NCBI GenBank assembly: GCA_965232515.1
Contig: CBDDPY010000002.1
Location: forward strand, 2,752,001 to 2,816,000
Direction: 5' to 3'
Length of the DNA stretch: 64,000 nucleotides
Origin: Alphaproteobacteria bacterium
GTDB lineage: Bacteria; Pseudomonadota; Alphaproteobacteria; GCA-2731375
The position numbers and the translations under genes are program-made. Under the pieces are notes generated by a model, which searched no databases, was not told the origin of the DNA, and was given only the letters and a program-made list of their open reading frames with translations. Below are positions 12,226 to 22,025 of this stretch, in pieces (the stretch's first letter is position 1; each line of letters opens with the position of its first letter).

Positions 12226-13389
12226 ATGCGGCGTAGCGAAGAACGTATCCTGACCACGCACGCCGGCAGCCTGCCGCGACCACCGGCCCTTGTACGCCTG
12301 TATGCCCGCCGCGCCCACGGCGAGCCGATCGACTCCGACGAGCTGGATACGGCCGGACGGGCGGCGACCGCCTGGGTGGTGCCGAAGCAGATCGAGGCCG
12401 GCATCGATATCGGCAACAACGGCGAGCAGCAGCGCGAGGGCTTCTTCCTCTATGTGCAGCACCGTATGACCGGCTTCGCCGGCCAATGGCGCCGCCGCGT
12501 GCTGCAGGACGTCGCCCGCTATCCGGTCTATCGGGCGCAGCGCGAGCGCCAAGCCGCGGATCTCACTGCCGTCAGCAACTTCGATCCGCCGACCGCCGTC
12601 GGCGCCGTTGAATACGTCGACCCGGCCGCGGTGCAGGCCGAATGCGACGACTTCGCCCGCGTGCTGACCGAGATCGATGGCTGCTTTGCCGAAGCCTTCC
12701 TGACGGCGCCCTCGCCCGGGATCGTCGCGGCCGCCATGCGCAACGACTATTACGACAGCGAGACGGCCTATCTCGACGCGCTGGCCGATGCCTTGCAGGT
12801 CGAGTACCGGGCGATCGTCGAGCGTGGCTTCGTGCTGCAGCTCGACTGTCCCGACCTGGCGCTGGAGCGGCATCTCTCCTATCAGGACCGGCCGCTCGCC
12901 GATTTCATCGGCTTCATCGAACGCGTGGTAACGTCGATCAATCGGGCCATCGCCGGCCTGCCACGCGACCGCATCCGACTGCATGTCTGCTGGGGCAACT
13001 ACGAAGGCCCGCACGACAACGACGTGCCGCTGGCGGAGATCCTGCCGGCAATCCGGCAGGCCGATGTCGGCGGCTTCGTGCTGCCGTTCGCCAATCCGCG
13101 GCATGCCCACGAATACCGCTGCTTTGCCGACGCGCGGCTTGACGACGATCAGGTGCTGGTCGCCGGCGTGATCGATACGTTGACGAACTTCGTCGAGCAT
13201 CCGCAAGTGGTGGCCGACCGGATCGAGCGCATCGCCCGGTCGGTCGGCGATCCGACCCGCGTCATCGCCGGCACGGATTGCGGCTTCGACACCTCGGCCG
13301 GCATGGGCCGCGTCGCCGAGGACGTGGTCTGGGCAAAGCTACGAAGCCTGCGTGACGGCGCCGCCATCGCCAGCCAACGCCTGTTCTGA
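12226..13389 (+). CDS. cobalamin-independent methionine synthase II family protein (single-barrel MetE-like)
   Basis: 'TTHAGSLPRP'; Zn ligands in 'LHVCWGNYEGPH' and 'GTDCGF'. Confidence 0.88.
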   Translation: MRRSEERILTTHAGSLPRPPALVRLYARRAHGEPIDSDELDTAGRAATAWVVPKQIEAGIDIGNNGEQQREGFFLYVQHRMTGFAGQWRRRVLQDVARYPVYRAQRERQAADLTAVSNFDPPTAVGAVEYVDPAAVQAECDDFARVLTEIDGCFAEAFLTAPSPGIVAAAMRNDYYDSETAYLDALADALQVEYRAIVERGFVLQLDCPDLALERHLSYQDRPLADFIGFIERVVTSINRAIAGLPRDRIRLHVCWGNYEGPHDNDVPLAEILPAIRQADVGGFVLPFANPRHAHEYRCFADARLDDDQVLVAGVIDTLTNFVEHPQVVADRIERIARSVGDPTRVIAGTDCGFDTSAGMGRVAEDVVWAKLRSLRDGAAIASQRLF

Positions 13390-14307
13390 GCCCGACGGCG
13401 GCCGGGCCGCCCAGCACGGGTGCTCGCCCAAGCGGTGGGCCAGGAAATCAACGAACGCCCGGACCTTGGCCGACAGGTGCCGGTTGTGGGGATACAGCGC
13501 GTAGATGCCTGGCGCGGCATCGCGGAACTCGCCCAACACCTGTTTCAGAGCACCGGACCGAAGGTCCTGCCAGACGATGAACATGGGCAGGCGCGCCAGC
13601 CCGACTCCGCCGAGCGCGGCGTGGCGCAGGATATCGCCATTGTTCGCGCGGACGCTGCCTTTCGGCCGGAACGTGCGCGGGCCGTCGGGACCCTGGAACC
13701 GCCACTCCACCACCGGCCCGGCCTGGCTGTAGGCCAGGCAGTTGAAGCGCGAGAGATCGTCGATGCTGGCCGGCACGCCATGCGCCTCGAGGTAGGACGG
13801 GGCGCCGCAGACCACCAGCTCGGCCGAGCCGAGGCGCCGCGCCACCAGGCTCGAATCCGCCAGCCTGCCGATGCGGATGACGACGTCATAGCCCTCGTCG
13901 ATGACGTCCACGAAGCGGTCGTTGACGGTGATGTCGACATCGAGGTCGGGATAGCAGGCGAGGAATTCGGGGATCATGGGCGCCAGCTGGAGAAAGCCGA
14001 AGGAGACCGGCGCGTTGACTTTCAGGCCGCCGCGCGGCTCGGCGTGCAGGCGGCTGACGGAAAGCTCGGCCTCGTGCACCTGCTCGGTGATCTGCCGACA
14101 CCAGGCGTAGTAACCCTCGCCCACTTCCGTGACGCTGAGCCGCCGCGTCGTCCGGTTCAACAGCCGCGCGCCCAGCCGGTCCTCGAGCGCGCTGACCTGC
14201 TTGCTGACGGCGGATTTCGAAAGTCCGAGCTGCCGTGCCGCCTCGGAAAAACTGCCGGTTTCGACGACGCGCGAGAACACTTCCATACCGCCGAGGCGAT
14301 CCATCAT
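13339..14307 (-). CDS. LysR family transcriptional regulator (CrgA-like)
   Basis: HTH 'GSFSEAARQLGLSKSAVSKQVSALEDRLGARLLNRTTR'; divergent from pirin. Confidence 0.95.
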   Translation of the reverse strand: MMDRLGGMEVFSRVVETGSFSEAARQLGLSKSAVSKQVSALEDRLGARLLNRTTRRLSVTEVGEGYYAWCRQITEQVHEAELSVSRLHAEPRGGLKVNAPVSFGFLQLAPMIPEFLACYPDLDVDITVNDRFVDVIDEGYDVVIRIGRLADSSLVARRLGSAELVVCGAPSYLEAHGVPASIDDLSRFNCLAYSQAGPVVEWRFQGPDGPRTFRPKGSVRANNGDILRHAALGGVGLARLPMFIVWQDLRSGALKQVLGEFRDAAPGIYALYPHNRHLSAKVRAFVDFLAHRLGEHPCWAARPPSGSEQALAGDGGAVTQAS

Positions 14308-14436
14308 CCCACTCCGATCGTTTCCAATTGAGCGACAGTATTGTGATTTTCGAGCCTATTGGCAACCAATCGATGACCGCCCATCTTTCGGTTAACGAAG
14401 CAACCCCCAGATACCACCAGACATGGAGCAAAGGAG

Positions 14437-15135
14437 ATGTTGCGTATCCGTCCTGGCGCCGAGCGCGGCGTCGCGCGGCTGGACTGGCTCGACAGCCGGC
14501 ACAGCTTCTCGTTCGGCCACTATTACGACCCTCGGCATATGGGCTTCCGCGACCTGCGGGTGATCAACGACGACCGGGTCGCGCCGCAAACCGGCTTCGG
14601 CACGCACGGCCACAGGGATATGGAGATCGTGACCTATGTGCTGGACGGCAAGGTGGCGCACCGGGATACGCTCGGCAACGAGGGCGTGATCCGTGCCGGC
14701 GAGGTGCAGCGCATGAGCGCCGGCACCGGGGTCGAGCATAGCGAGCTGAACCCGTCGGCGGATGAGACCGCCCGCTTCCTGCAGATCTGGATCCTGCCGA
14801 ACGCGGCCGGACTGAGACCGGGCTACGACCAGATCGCCGTGCCGGCGGCCGAGAAGCGGAACCGCCTGCGCCGGATCGTCTCGCCCAATGGCGGCGACGG
14901 GGCGCTGTCGATCAATCAGGACGTCAGCATCTATGCCGGCACGCTCGATGCGGGCGCAGGCCTGACGCATGACCTGTCGCCCGACCGGCATGCCTGGCTG
15001 CAAGTCGCCAAGGGCAGCCTGCGGCTCAACGACCAATTGCTGAGCGAAGGCGACGGCGTCGCCATCAGCGAAACGGACAGCCTGACTCTTGTCGGCGAGA
15101 CGCCGGCCGAGTTCCTGCTGTTCGACCTCAACTAG
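14437..15135 (+). CDS. pirin family protein (YhhW-like)
   Basis: 'SRHSFSFG', 'LRVINDD', '[12 protein letters not shown]', 'HSE' and 'LQIWI'. Confidence 0.93.
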   Translation: MLRIRPGAERGVARLDWLDSRHSFSFGHYYDPRHMGFRDLRVINDDRVAPQTGFGTHGHRDMEIVTYVLDGKVAHRDTLGNEGVIRAGEVQRMSAGTGVEHSELNPSADETARFLQIWILPNAAGLRPGYDQIAVPAAEKRNRLRRIVSPNGGDGALSINQDVSIYAGTLDAGAGLTHDLSPDRHAWLQVAKGSLRLNDQLLSEGDGVAISETDSLTLVGETPAEFLLFDLN

Positions 15136-15164
15136 CCCAACCGATCCCGTCAAAGGAGTGTGTG

Positions 15165-15761
15165 ATGACCAAGGTACTGGTGCTGTACTACAGCATGTAT
15201 GGCCATATCGAGACGATGGCGAACGCCGTGGCCGAGGGCGCCCGCGAGGCCGGCGCCGAGGTAACCGTCAAGCGTGTGCCGGAGCTGATGACCGAGGACC
15301 GGGCGCGCGCCGCCGGCGCCAAGCTGGATCAGGCGGCGGAGATCGCCGAACCGTCCGAGCTTGGCGACTATGACGCCGTGATCTTCGGGACGCCGACCCG
15401 GTTCGGCAACATGGCGGCGCAGATGCGCAACTTCCTGGATCAGACCGGCAAGCTGTGGATGGACGGCAAACTGGTCGGCAAGGTCGGCAGCGTGTTCGCT
15501 TCGACCGGCACCGGCGGCGGCAACGAGACCACGGTCAGTTCGTTCCACACGACGCTGTTCCATCACGGCATGGTCGTGGTCGGCCTGCCCTACGCGGCGC
15601 CGGAGCTGACCGACATTTCCGAGACCCGGGGCGGATCGCCGCTGGGCGCCGCCACCATCGCCGGCGCCGACGGCAGCCGACAGCCGAGCGAGAAGGAGCT
15701 GTCGCTCGCCCGCTTCCAGGGCCGGCACGTGGCGCAGATCGCCGCGAAGCTCGCGGCCTGA
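15165..15761 (+). CDS. wrbA: NAD(P)H:quinone oxidoreductase WrbA
   Basis: '[11 protein letters not shown]', '[10 protein letters not shown]' and 'GADGSRQPS'; AAGGAG RBS. Confidence 0.95.
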   Translation: MTKVLVLYYSMYGHIETMANAVAEGAREAGAEVTVKRVPELMTEDRARAAGAKLDQAAEIAEPSELGDYDAVIFGTPTRFGNMAAQMRNFLDQTGKLWMDGKLVGKVGSVFASTGTGGGNETTVSSFHTTLFHHGMVVVGLPYAAPELTDISETRGGSPLGAATIAGADGSRQPSEKELSLARFQGRHVAQIAAKLAA

Positions 15762-15784
15762 CCGCGAACGCCAAACACGTGACG

Positions 15785-15816
15785 ACGGGGGCGCCGCAGA
15801 ACGGCGCCCCCGTTTC
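15785..15816 (+). terminator. probable intrinsic terminator after wrbA
   Basis: ACGGGGGCGCCG-cagaa-CGGCGCCCCCGT stem followed by a short T run. Confidence 0.65.
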
Positions 15817-15855
15817 GTGTTAGTCTTGCCGCCGCCGATCTTCGGGAGGAATGCC

Positions 15856-16839
15856 ATGCACATCTGCATCGTCGGCGGCGGCGGCATGGGCTCGCTCTAT
15901 GGCGGCCTGCTGGCGCGCAGCGGGGTCGAGGTGACGCTGCTCGACACCTGGGCCGAGCATATGGCGGCGATCAAGACGGATAGCCTGCACCTCGACGGCA
16001 TTACCGGCGATCTTCGCATCACGCTCAACACCGCGACGACGGCGGCCGATGTGTCACCGGCCGACATCGCCTTCATTCAGGTCAATACCTACGCGACGCG
16101 CGACGCCGCCGAGAGCGCGAAGGCCGTGCTGAAGGACGACGGCTATGCCATCACCCTGCAGAACGGCATCGGCAACCTGGAGCAGATGCGCGACGTCCTG
16201 GGCGATGCGCGCGTGCTGGGCGGCCTGAGCTATCACAGCGCCGCGGTCCTTGGGCCCGGCCGTGTCAGCCATACGCATGCCGGCCCAACCTGGCTCGGCG
16301 AGCTCGACGGCAGCCGGACGCCGCGCCTGACGGCGCTGGACGAGACGCTCAAAGCGGCCGGTTTCGCGCCAGTCATCGTCGGCGACATCGTCGCCTATAT
16401 CTGGAACAAGTTCATCCACAACAGCGCCATCAACCCGATCTGCGCCGTGACCGGCCTGCGCGTCGGCGAGATTCCGCTGACCCCGTCGGCCGACGCGCTG
16501 CAGACCAAGATCGTCGAGGAGGCGCTGGCGGTGGTCGCGGCCAAGGGCGTGACGCTGCCCGACGACGACCCCATGCAGACCATCAAGGACTTCTGCAAGC
16601 CGAAGTTCAACAAGCCGTCGATGCTGCAGCACATCGAGCAAGGCAAGCGCACCGAGGTCGAGGCCCTGAATGGCGCCATCGTGCGCGAGGGTGAGGCGCT
16701 GGGCATTCCGACGCCCTACAACCAGGCGCTCGCCTGGATGGTGCAGGCGATCGAGACCCAAAGCCGGCCCGAACGGTTGGGCGCGCCGGTGGACTATGAC
16801 GCGCTCGAAGCCGAACTGCGCGCCGCCGCCTTGCAATAG
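15856..16839 (+). CDS. ketopantoate reductase family protein (PanE/ApbA)
   Basis: 'IVGGGGMG', 'TLQNGIGN', 'WNK..NSAINP', 'PSMLQ' and 'RTEVEALNG'. Confidence 0.88.
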   Translation: MHICIVGGGGMGSLYGGLLARSGVEVTLLDTWAEHMAAIKTDSLHLDGITGDLRITLNTATTAADVSPADIAFIQVNTYATRDAAESAKAVLKDDGYAITLQNGIGNLEQMRDVLGDARVLGGLSYHSAAVLGPGRVSHTHAGPTWLGELDGSRTPRLTALDETLKAAGFAPVIVGDIVAYIWNKFIHNSAINPICAVTGLRVGEIPLTPSADALQTKIVEEALAVVAAKGVTLPDDDPMQTIKDFCKPKFNKPSMLQHIEQGKRTEVEALNGAIVREGEALGIPTPYNQALAWMVQAIETQSRPERLGAPVDYDALEAELRAAALQ

Positions 16840-16903
16840 CATCAGGGCTGCCTAGGTTAGCCATGCCGACAGGCGAACCGTTCGGACAGATGGGCAGACA
16901 CAC

Positions 16904-17521
16904 TTGAGCGCCAATCCCAAGCCGGCCCCCACGGCGCATTTTCTGGAAATGTATCCCGACACCTTCAGCCGGGATTTCTGCGAGTCGCTGATCGCCCGCT
17001 TCGAGGCCGATCCGCGCAAGGAAGCGAGCCGGACGGCGGTGCGGGTCAATCCCAAGGTACGCACGGGGACCATGCTGAGCCCGCAGCACATCTCGGAATG
17101 GAAGGACGTGATCGAGGAAGTCGAACGCGCGACCTACAGGAACATCGAGGCCTATGCCGAGAAGTATCCGAGCCTGATGTTTCTGATCAAGCCGGAGAAC
17201 TCCTATGTCACGGCGCCCCTGATGGAACGCATCGGCCCGGGACAGGGCTATTCGTTCCATATCGACGCCGGCCCCTGGGGCTCGCACGACCGGCTGCTGT
17301 CGACGATCACCTATCTCCGCGACGTCGAGGACGGCGGCTATACGGAGTTCGCCTTCCAGAATGCCCGTGTGAAGCCGCGGGCGGGCGCCATGCTGATCTT
17401 CCCGCCGTTCTGGACCCACCTGCACCGCGGCGCGCCGCCGGTCCGCGAGGTGAAATACAATCTCACCAACTACCTGGTGCTGTGGCCGAAGGACGATCCG
17501 GACCAGACCACCGTTAGCTGA
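16904..17521 (+). CDS. 2OG-Fe(II) oxygenase (prolyl-4-hydroxylase-like)
   Basis: HxD in 'FHID', 'YLRDVEDGGYTEF' and 'FPPFWTHLHRG...K'. Confidence 0.8.
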   Translation: MSANPKPAPTAHFLEMYPDTFSRDFCESLIARFEADPRKEASRTAVRVNPKVRTGTMLSPQHISEWKDVIEEVERATYRNIEAYAEKYPSLMFLIKPENSYVTAPLMERIGPGQGYSFHIDAGPWGSHDRLLSTITYLRDVEDGGYTEFAFQNARVKPRAGAMLIFPPFWTHLHRGAPPVREVKYNLTNYLVLWPKDDPDQTTVS

Positions 17522-18452
17522 AGGCCTGCTTCAGCGCGTCGGCGGCTCTGGCCTGGGCGGTGATGGAATCGTCCAGCATCGGCGCCCACGAGAAGAAACC
17601 GTGGATCATGCCGGGATAGTTCACATGCTCGACGGCATTGCCCGCCTCCCTTAGCCGTTCGGCATAGGCGATGCCGTCGTCGTGCAGCACGTCGCACTCG
17701 GCGGTGACGAGATGCGTCGGCGGCAGACCGTCAAAGCGCGCGGCCTTAATCGGCGAGGCGCGCCAGTCCCCGGCGTCTTCGGGTCCATTGAGGTAATGGT
17801 CGCGGAACCAGTACATGCCCTCGGCGTCCAGCGGTCCGTAGCCCTCGGCATAGCGGGCGTAGGACGGCGTGTCACAGGCGTAGTCGGCGATCGGGTAGAC
17901 CAGCAGCTGCAGGGCGAGCGCCGGGCCGCCGGAGTCGCGCGCGATGAGGGCGACGACGGCGGCAAGATTGGCGCCGGCGCTGTCGCCCCCGACAGCGACC
18001 CGGCTGCCGTCGGCGCCAATGGTGGCGGCATGCGCGGCCAACCAAGCGGTCGCGGCGTAGGAGTCCTCCGCGGCGGCCGGAAACTTGGCCTCAGGCGCCA
18101 TGCGGTAGTCGACGGACGCGACCATGCAGTGCGCGCCTATGCACAGATTGCGGGCGACGGAATCGTGCGTGTCCAGGCTGCCGATGACATGGCCGCCGCC
18201 GTGGAAATAGACCAGCAGCGGCAGCAACCGGTCGCTGTCCTCCGGCCGGTAGAGGCGGACGCGAATGGGACCCGCGGGCCCCGGCACCTCGCGCTGCCAG
18301 ATCCGCGGCACTGGCGTCGGGTCGAGCCCCCGCGCCTTCACGGTCTCCTCCATCTGCACGCGCGCCGCTTCCGGCGACAGCGTGTGCACGGCCGGCAGGT
18401 TCGCCGCCGCCATCTTGTCCAACATGGCCTGTACCTGGGGATGTACCGTCAC
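17514..18452 (-). CDS. HSL-family alpha/beta hydrolase (esterase/lipase)
   Basis: 'HGGG' oxyanion hole, 'GDSAG' nucleophile, 'DVLHD' and 'HGF'. Confidence 0.93.
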   Translation of the reverse strand: MTVHPQVQAMLDKMAAANLPAVHTLSPEAARVQMEETVKARGLDPTPVPRIWQREVPGPAGPIRVRLYRPEDSDRLLPLLVYFHGGGHVIGSLDTHDSVARNLCIGAHCMVASVDYRMAPEAKFPAAAEDSYAATAWLAAHAATIGADGSRVAVGGDSAGANLAAVVALIARDSGGPALALQLLVYPIADYACDTPSYARYAEGYGPLDAEGMYWFRDHYLNGPEDAGDWRASPIKAARFDGLPPTHLVTAECDVLHDDGIAYAERLREAGNAVEHVNYPGMIHGFFSWAPMLDDSITAQARAADALKQAFS

Positions 18453-18527
18453 GCCCGATCCTCCGACTAGATTCGATGGCGGATCATAGCAACCCGGACG
18501 GAAATGCCATACGGCCGTAGATGGACG

Positions 18528-19877
18528 TCAGACCGCGCGGCTGTGCCGGGCGGCGTCCGGCGCCAGATGGGCATCGAAGACCGACGCGATGGCGCGCGCC
18601 AGCGGCCGGCCGGCGGCGGTGATGCGGAGGTCATTGCCGTCCGTGGCGACGAGACCGTCGGCTCGGAAGGCGTCGAGCCGCATGGTGTCGAAGTCGAGTT
18701 CGCTCGGCGACACGCCATGGGTTCGGCAAACCTCGGTCAGATCGACCTCGAAGTCGCACATCAGCCGTTCGATCACCTCGCCGCGCAGCCGGTCGTCGGC
18801 CGAGCGGACAACGCCCCGGACGGTGGCCAGGCGGCCTTGCTTGATATGTTCGCGATAGTCGCGGGCGGCTGTTGCGTTCTGCACGAAGCCGTCGGGCAGG
18901 CCGCCGATCGCCGACGCACCAAAGCCCAGAACCGTTTCGCAGGCGTCGCTGGTGTAGCCCTGGAAGTTGCGCCGCAGCCGGCCTTGCCGCGCCGCGGCGG
19001 CGAGCTCGCTGTCGCGGCGGGCGAAGTGGTCGATGCCGATCTTGTCGTAGCCAAGGTCCAGCAGCATGTCCTCGGCCAGCGCGAACAACCGCAGCCGCGC
19101 GGCGGCATCGGGCAAACGGTCGGCGTCGATCAGACGCTGGTGCCGCTTCATCCAGGGCACATGGGCATAGCCGAACAGCGCGATCCGGTCGGGCGCCAGG
19201 CGGTGCGCCTGCGCGATGGTGCGCGCGAAGCCGGCCTCGGTCTGGCCCGGCAGGCCGTAGATCAGATCGAAGTTGATGTCGCGCACGCCGATGTCGCGCA
19301 GCAGGGCGACGGCGCGCAGGGTCGTCTCGACGCTCTGGACGCGGTTGATGGCGCGCTGCACGTCCGGATCGAAGTCCTGCACACCGATGCTGGCATGGGT
19401 CAGCCCGATCGGCCGCAGATCCGAGATGTCGGCCGGCCGGGCGATGCGGGGATCGACCTCCAGCGCCAGCACCGCATCGCGACCGACATCGAACCGCGCC
19501 CGCAGACGGTCGACGATGGCAATCAGCCGGTCGGCGCCCAAGGTCATCGGCGTACCGCCGCCCCAATGGATCTGGCCGACGGGCAGCCGGGCCGGCAGAT
19601 GCTCCGCGACCAGATCGATCTCGCGCAGCAGCAGATCGGCATAGGCGTCGGTCGACTGCCGGCGGCGAACCACCTGCATGTTGCAGCCGCAATACCAGCA
19701 GAGCGAATGGCAGAAGGGCACGTGCGCATAGAGCGAAACCGGCGCGTCGGCCGCGAGCCGCGCCAGCCAGTCGGCATAGGCGGCGGGGCCGGTTTCGGCG
19801 GTGAACTGGGCGGCCGTGGGGTAGCTCGTGTACCGCGGCGCCCGGCAGTCGTGCTTCAGGAGCGTCTCGACATCCAT
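18528..19877 (-). CDS. hemN: oxygen-independent coproporphyrinogen III oxidase (radical SAM)
   Basis: 'PRYTSYPTA', CxxxCxxC 'CHSLCWYCGC', 'GGGTP' and 'RRNFQGY'. Start trimmed to ATG 19877. Confidence 0.93.
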   Translation of the reverse strand: MDVETLLKHDCRAPRYTSYPTAAQFTAETGPAAYADWLARLAADAPVSLYAHVPFCHSLCWYCGCNMQVVRRRQSTDAYADLLLREIDLVAEHLPARLPVGQIHWGGGTPMTLGADRLIAIVDRLRARFDVGRDAVLALEVDPRIARPADISDLRPIGLTHASIGVQDFDPDVQRAINRVQSVETTLRAVALLRDIGVRDINFDLIYGLPGQTEAGFARTIAQAHRLAPDRIALFGYAHVPWMKRHQRLIDADRLPDAAARLRLFALAEDMLLDLGYDKIGIDHFARRDSELAAAARQGRLRRNFQGYTSDACETVLGFGASAIGGLPDGFVQNATAARDYREHIKQGRLATVRGVVRSADDRLRGEVIERLMCDFEVDLTEVCRTHGVSPSELDFDTMRLDAFRADGLVATDGNDLRITAAGRPLARAIASVFDAHLAPDAARHSRAV

Positions 19878-19914
19878 GATCCCGGCAAAATCGGCCAAAA
19901 ACCAGCCGAACGCC

Positions 19915-19928
19915 TTGATCGCAATCAA
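19915..19928. promoter_or_regulatory. FNR/FnrL/FixK box
   Basis: TTGAT-CGCA-ATCAA, an exact match to TTGAT-N4-ATCAA, between divergent hemN and hemerythrin genes. Confidence 0.85.
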
Positions 19929-20000
19929 GGGCAGGCACGGTTCGGGGTCCCAGTATGGCCGAGCTGATATGGGCGGATCCGTGCCATTGGGACAGACGAT

Positions 20001-20600
20001 ATGGAACAGGCCATCGAGATCATCCGGAGCGAGCACCGGCGCTTCGCCACCGTCTTGTTCTGCCTGGAAGGACTTCTGAAGGACCAGCAGCGCACGGGCG
20101 CCACGCCGGATGTCGTGCTGCTGGAAACGATCATCGACTATATCGACGGCTTCCTCGACCGCTACCATCACCCGAAGGAGGACGAATATCTGTTTCCGGC
20201 GCTGCAGCAGCGCCATCCGGCCGCCGGCGCGCTTCTGGACCGGCTGCAAGCGCAGCACCGGGAGGGCGAACGCCTGCTTGCCGGCCTGAAGCGGAGCCTG
20301 GCAGATCTGGCAACCGACGGCGCGACAGCGATGTCGCCGCTGCAGGATGCGGCGGCGACCTATATCGCCTTCGAGCGCGACCATGTGCGGATCGAGGAAA
20401 CCGAGTTGATCCCACTGACGGAAAGGCATCTGCTGGCGCGCGACTGGGAATTCATCGAAGCGGCTTTCGCCCGCAATCAGGACCCGCTATTCGGCGACGA
20501 CCGCAAGCGCCGGTTCGACCGGCTGTTCACGAAGATCGTGACCATGGCGCCGGCGCCGCACGGCCTCGGCACCACGCGCGCGGCCGGCAACGGCCGCTGA
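20001..20600 (+). CDS. hemerythrin-like (HHE) domain protein
   Basis: 'RSEH', 'YHHPKEDEYLF', 'LQAQH' and 'DHVRIEE' metal ligand pattern. Confidence 0.88.
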   Translation: MEQAIEIIRSEHRRFATVLFCLEGLLKDQQRTGATPDVVLLETIIDYIDGFLDRYHHPKEDEYLFPALQQRHPAAGALLDRLQAQHREGERLLAGLKRSLADLATDGATAMSPLQDAAATYIAFERDHVRIEETELIPLTERHLLARDWEFIEAAFARNQDPLFGDDRKRRFDRLFTKIVTMAPAPHGLGTTRAAGNGR

Positions 20601-20655
20601 GATCGGGACCGATAGCCCATTCGAGATGTTTGGAGTGGTGGGCCCAGTGGGAAAA

Positions 20656-20753
20656 GGGCGAACCAGCCCTCCTACGCTAAGGCTTCGGAGGGCACTCCTT
20701 CGCCCAAGGTGCGTTTTCGGGTGGCTTGCCACCCGAAGCCCGCAGGGCGAAGG
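20656..20753. repeat. palindromic (REP/RPE-like) structured element abutting the tRNA 3' end
   Basis: Nested inverted repeats: GCCCTCC/GGAGGGC (20666-20693), TTCGGGTGGC-tt-GCCACCCGAA (20716-20737) and CCTTCGCCC/GGGCGAAGG (20697-20753). Confidence 0.55.
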
Positions 20754-20754
20754 G

Positions 20755-20829
20755 TGGTGGGCGCGGCTAGGATTGAACTAGCGACCCCTGCGATGTCAAC
20801 ACAGTGCTCTACCACTGAGCTACGCGCCC
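20755..20829 (-). tRNA. tRNA-Val (anticodon GAC)
   Basis: Reverse complement GGGCGCGTAGCTCAGTGGTAGAGCACTGTGTT-GAC-ATCGCAGGGGTCGCTAGTTCAATCCTAGCCGCGCCCA-CCA; cloverleaf with encoded CCA. Confidence 0.97.
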
Positions 20830-21023
20830 GGGGGTGAGCCGACACCGTTCCTTGCCGGCATCGTCTCGAAAACTCAAGCGATATAGGCCAAAGCCCCGAG
20901 GCTTGCAAGTCCCGCCATTGCCGCCAATTTTCACTATGCGGATGGCCGAGGATCTGGAAACATGCCCGGTCAACGGGACCGGGGTCGTCTTGCCGCTGAC
21001 GGAGTATCGATAAGAGGACCAAC

Positions 21024-21638
21024 ATGACGCCAGGATTTTTCACGTTCCGCCCAGTTCTCGCGGCCCTGATGCTGGCCGGCTGGTCCGCCGCGGCCATCGC
21101 GGCCGACGTCCACAAACTGACGCCGGCCAACCCGCAACCGGATGCCGGCGCGCTGAAACCCGGCGCTTATGTCGAGTACATCTATCGGGAAGCGAAATCG
21201 CTGCACGAAGCCAAATCCTGGCTCGGCTACGGCGATCTGAAGAAACCCGGCAAGCCGCTGCAGGGCTTCACCTACGAGGACTCGAAGCTGGGCGAGAACG
21301 TGCTGACATCAGATGCGGACGAGCTGGTCATCGCGTTCATCAACGGTTATCTGAATTTCCCCGAGCCCGGCACCTACAAGCTGACATTCTGGTCGAATGA
21401 CGGCCTCAGGGTTTCGATCGGCGGCGTCGAGGTCTACGAGCATGACGGCCGGCATCCCTGCGAAACGCTGGATCCGGCAACCGTTCAGGTGCCCGAGGCC
21501 GGCTGGTATGCCGTCGAGGCGCTGTTCTTCCAGCGGCTGAACACGGCCTGTCTGGTGATGGAGTGGCAAAAACCTGGCGAATCCGCCGATACCTGGACCG
21601 TGGTCCCGGCCGAGGCCTATGCCCACAAGCCGAAGTGA
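21024..21638 (+). CDS. secreted PA14-domain protein
   Basis: Sec signal peptide ending 'AIA'; PA14-like 'GYLNFPEPGTYKLTFWSNDGLRVSIGG...HDG...GWY'. Confidence 0.75.
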   Translation: MTPGFFTFRPVLAALMLAGWSAAAIAADVHKLTPANPQPDAGALKPGAYVEYIYREAKSLHEAKSWLGYGDLKKPGKPLQGFTYEDSKLGENVLTSDADELVIAFINGYLNFPEPGTYKLTFWSNDGLRVSIGGVEVYEHDGRHPCETLDPATVQVPEAGWYAVEALFFQRLNTACLVMEWQKPGESADTWTVVPAEAYAHKPK

Positions 21639-21665
21639 GGCGCCGGTGCCGGAATTGAGAGCCGC

Positions 21666-22025
21666 CTAGGCGGCGAGCGTCCGTTCGATCTCGTCGACCA
21701 GGTCCCGCAGATGGAACGGTTTGGACAGCACCTTGGCGTCGACCCGGGCGGCGTCTCGGTTACGCAGGGCCACGGCGGCGAAGCCGGTGATGAACATGAC
21801 CCGGACCCGGGGATCGATCGCCACGGTCTGGCGGGCGAGCTCGATGCCGTCCATTTCCGGCATCACGATATCCGCCAGCAGCAGGTCGAAGCGGCCTTCC
21901 GCCAAGACCGGCAGCGCATCGGCGCCATCGGCCACGGCGAAGACCTCGTGACCGGCCCGTTCCAGCGCACGCTGCAGAAACATGCGCATGGAATCGTCGT
22001 CTTCGGCCAACAGAATCTTCGCCAT
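21666..22025 (-). CDS. cpdR: single-domain response regulator CpdR
   Basis: 'MAKILLAEDDDSMR', 'DIVMPEMDGIELAR', 'FITGFAAVAL' and 'KVLSKPFHLRDLV'. Confidence 0.92.
   Translation of the reverse strand: MAKILLAEDDDSMRMFLQRALERAGHEVFAVADGADALPVLAEGRFDLLLADIVMPEMDGIELARQTVAIDPRVRVMFITGFAAVALRNRDAARVDAKVLSKPFHLRDLVDEIERTLAA

Noticed and set aside
13339-13389. 51-bp convergent overlap of the LysR and MetE-like gene ends
   Set aside because: Short 3' overlaps of convergent genes are common in GC-rich genomes, and there is no sign of frameshift or pseudogenisation.
19878-20429. N-terminal extension of the hemN ORF (and similar extensions of ORFs 4475..6481, 42620..43819, 46224..47300, 46484..48583, 58034..59695)
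   Set aside because: The extensions overlap other real genes, and family motifs and RBS positions indicate later starts.
20601-21660. Prophage or genomic island at tRNA-Val
   Set aside because: No integrase, transposase or phage gene, and no long exact direct repeat in the window; only a short degenerate tRNA-end-like sequence.
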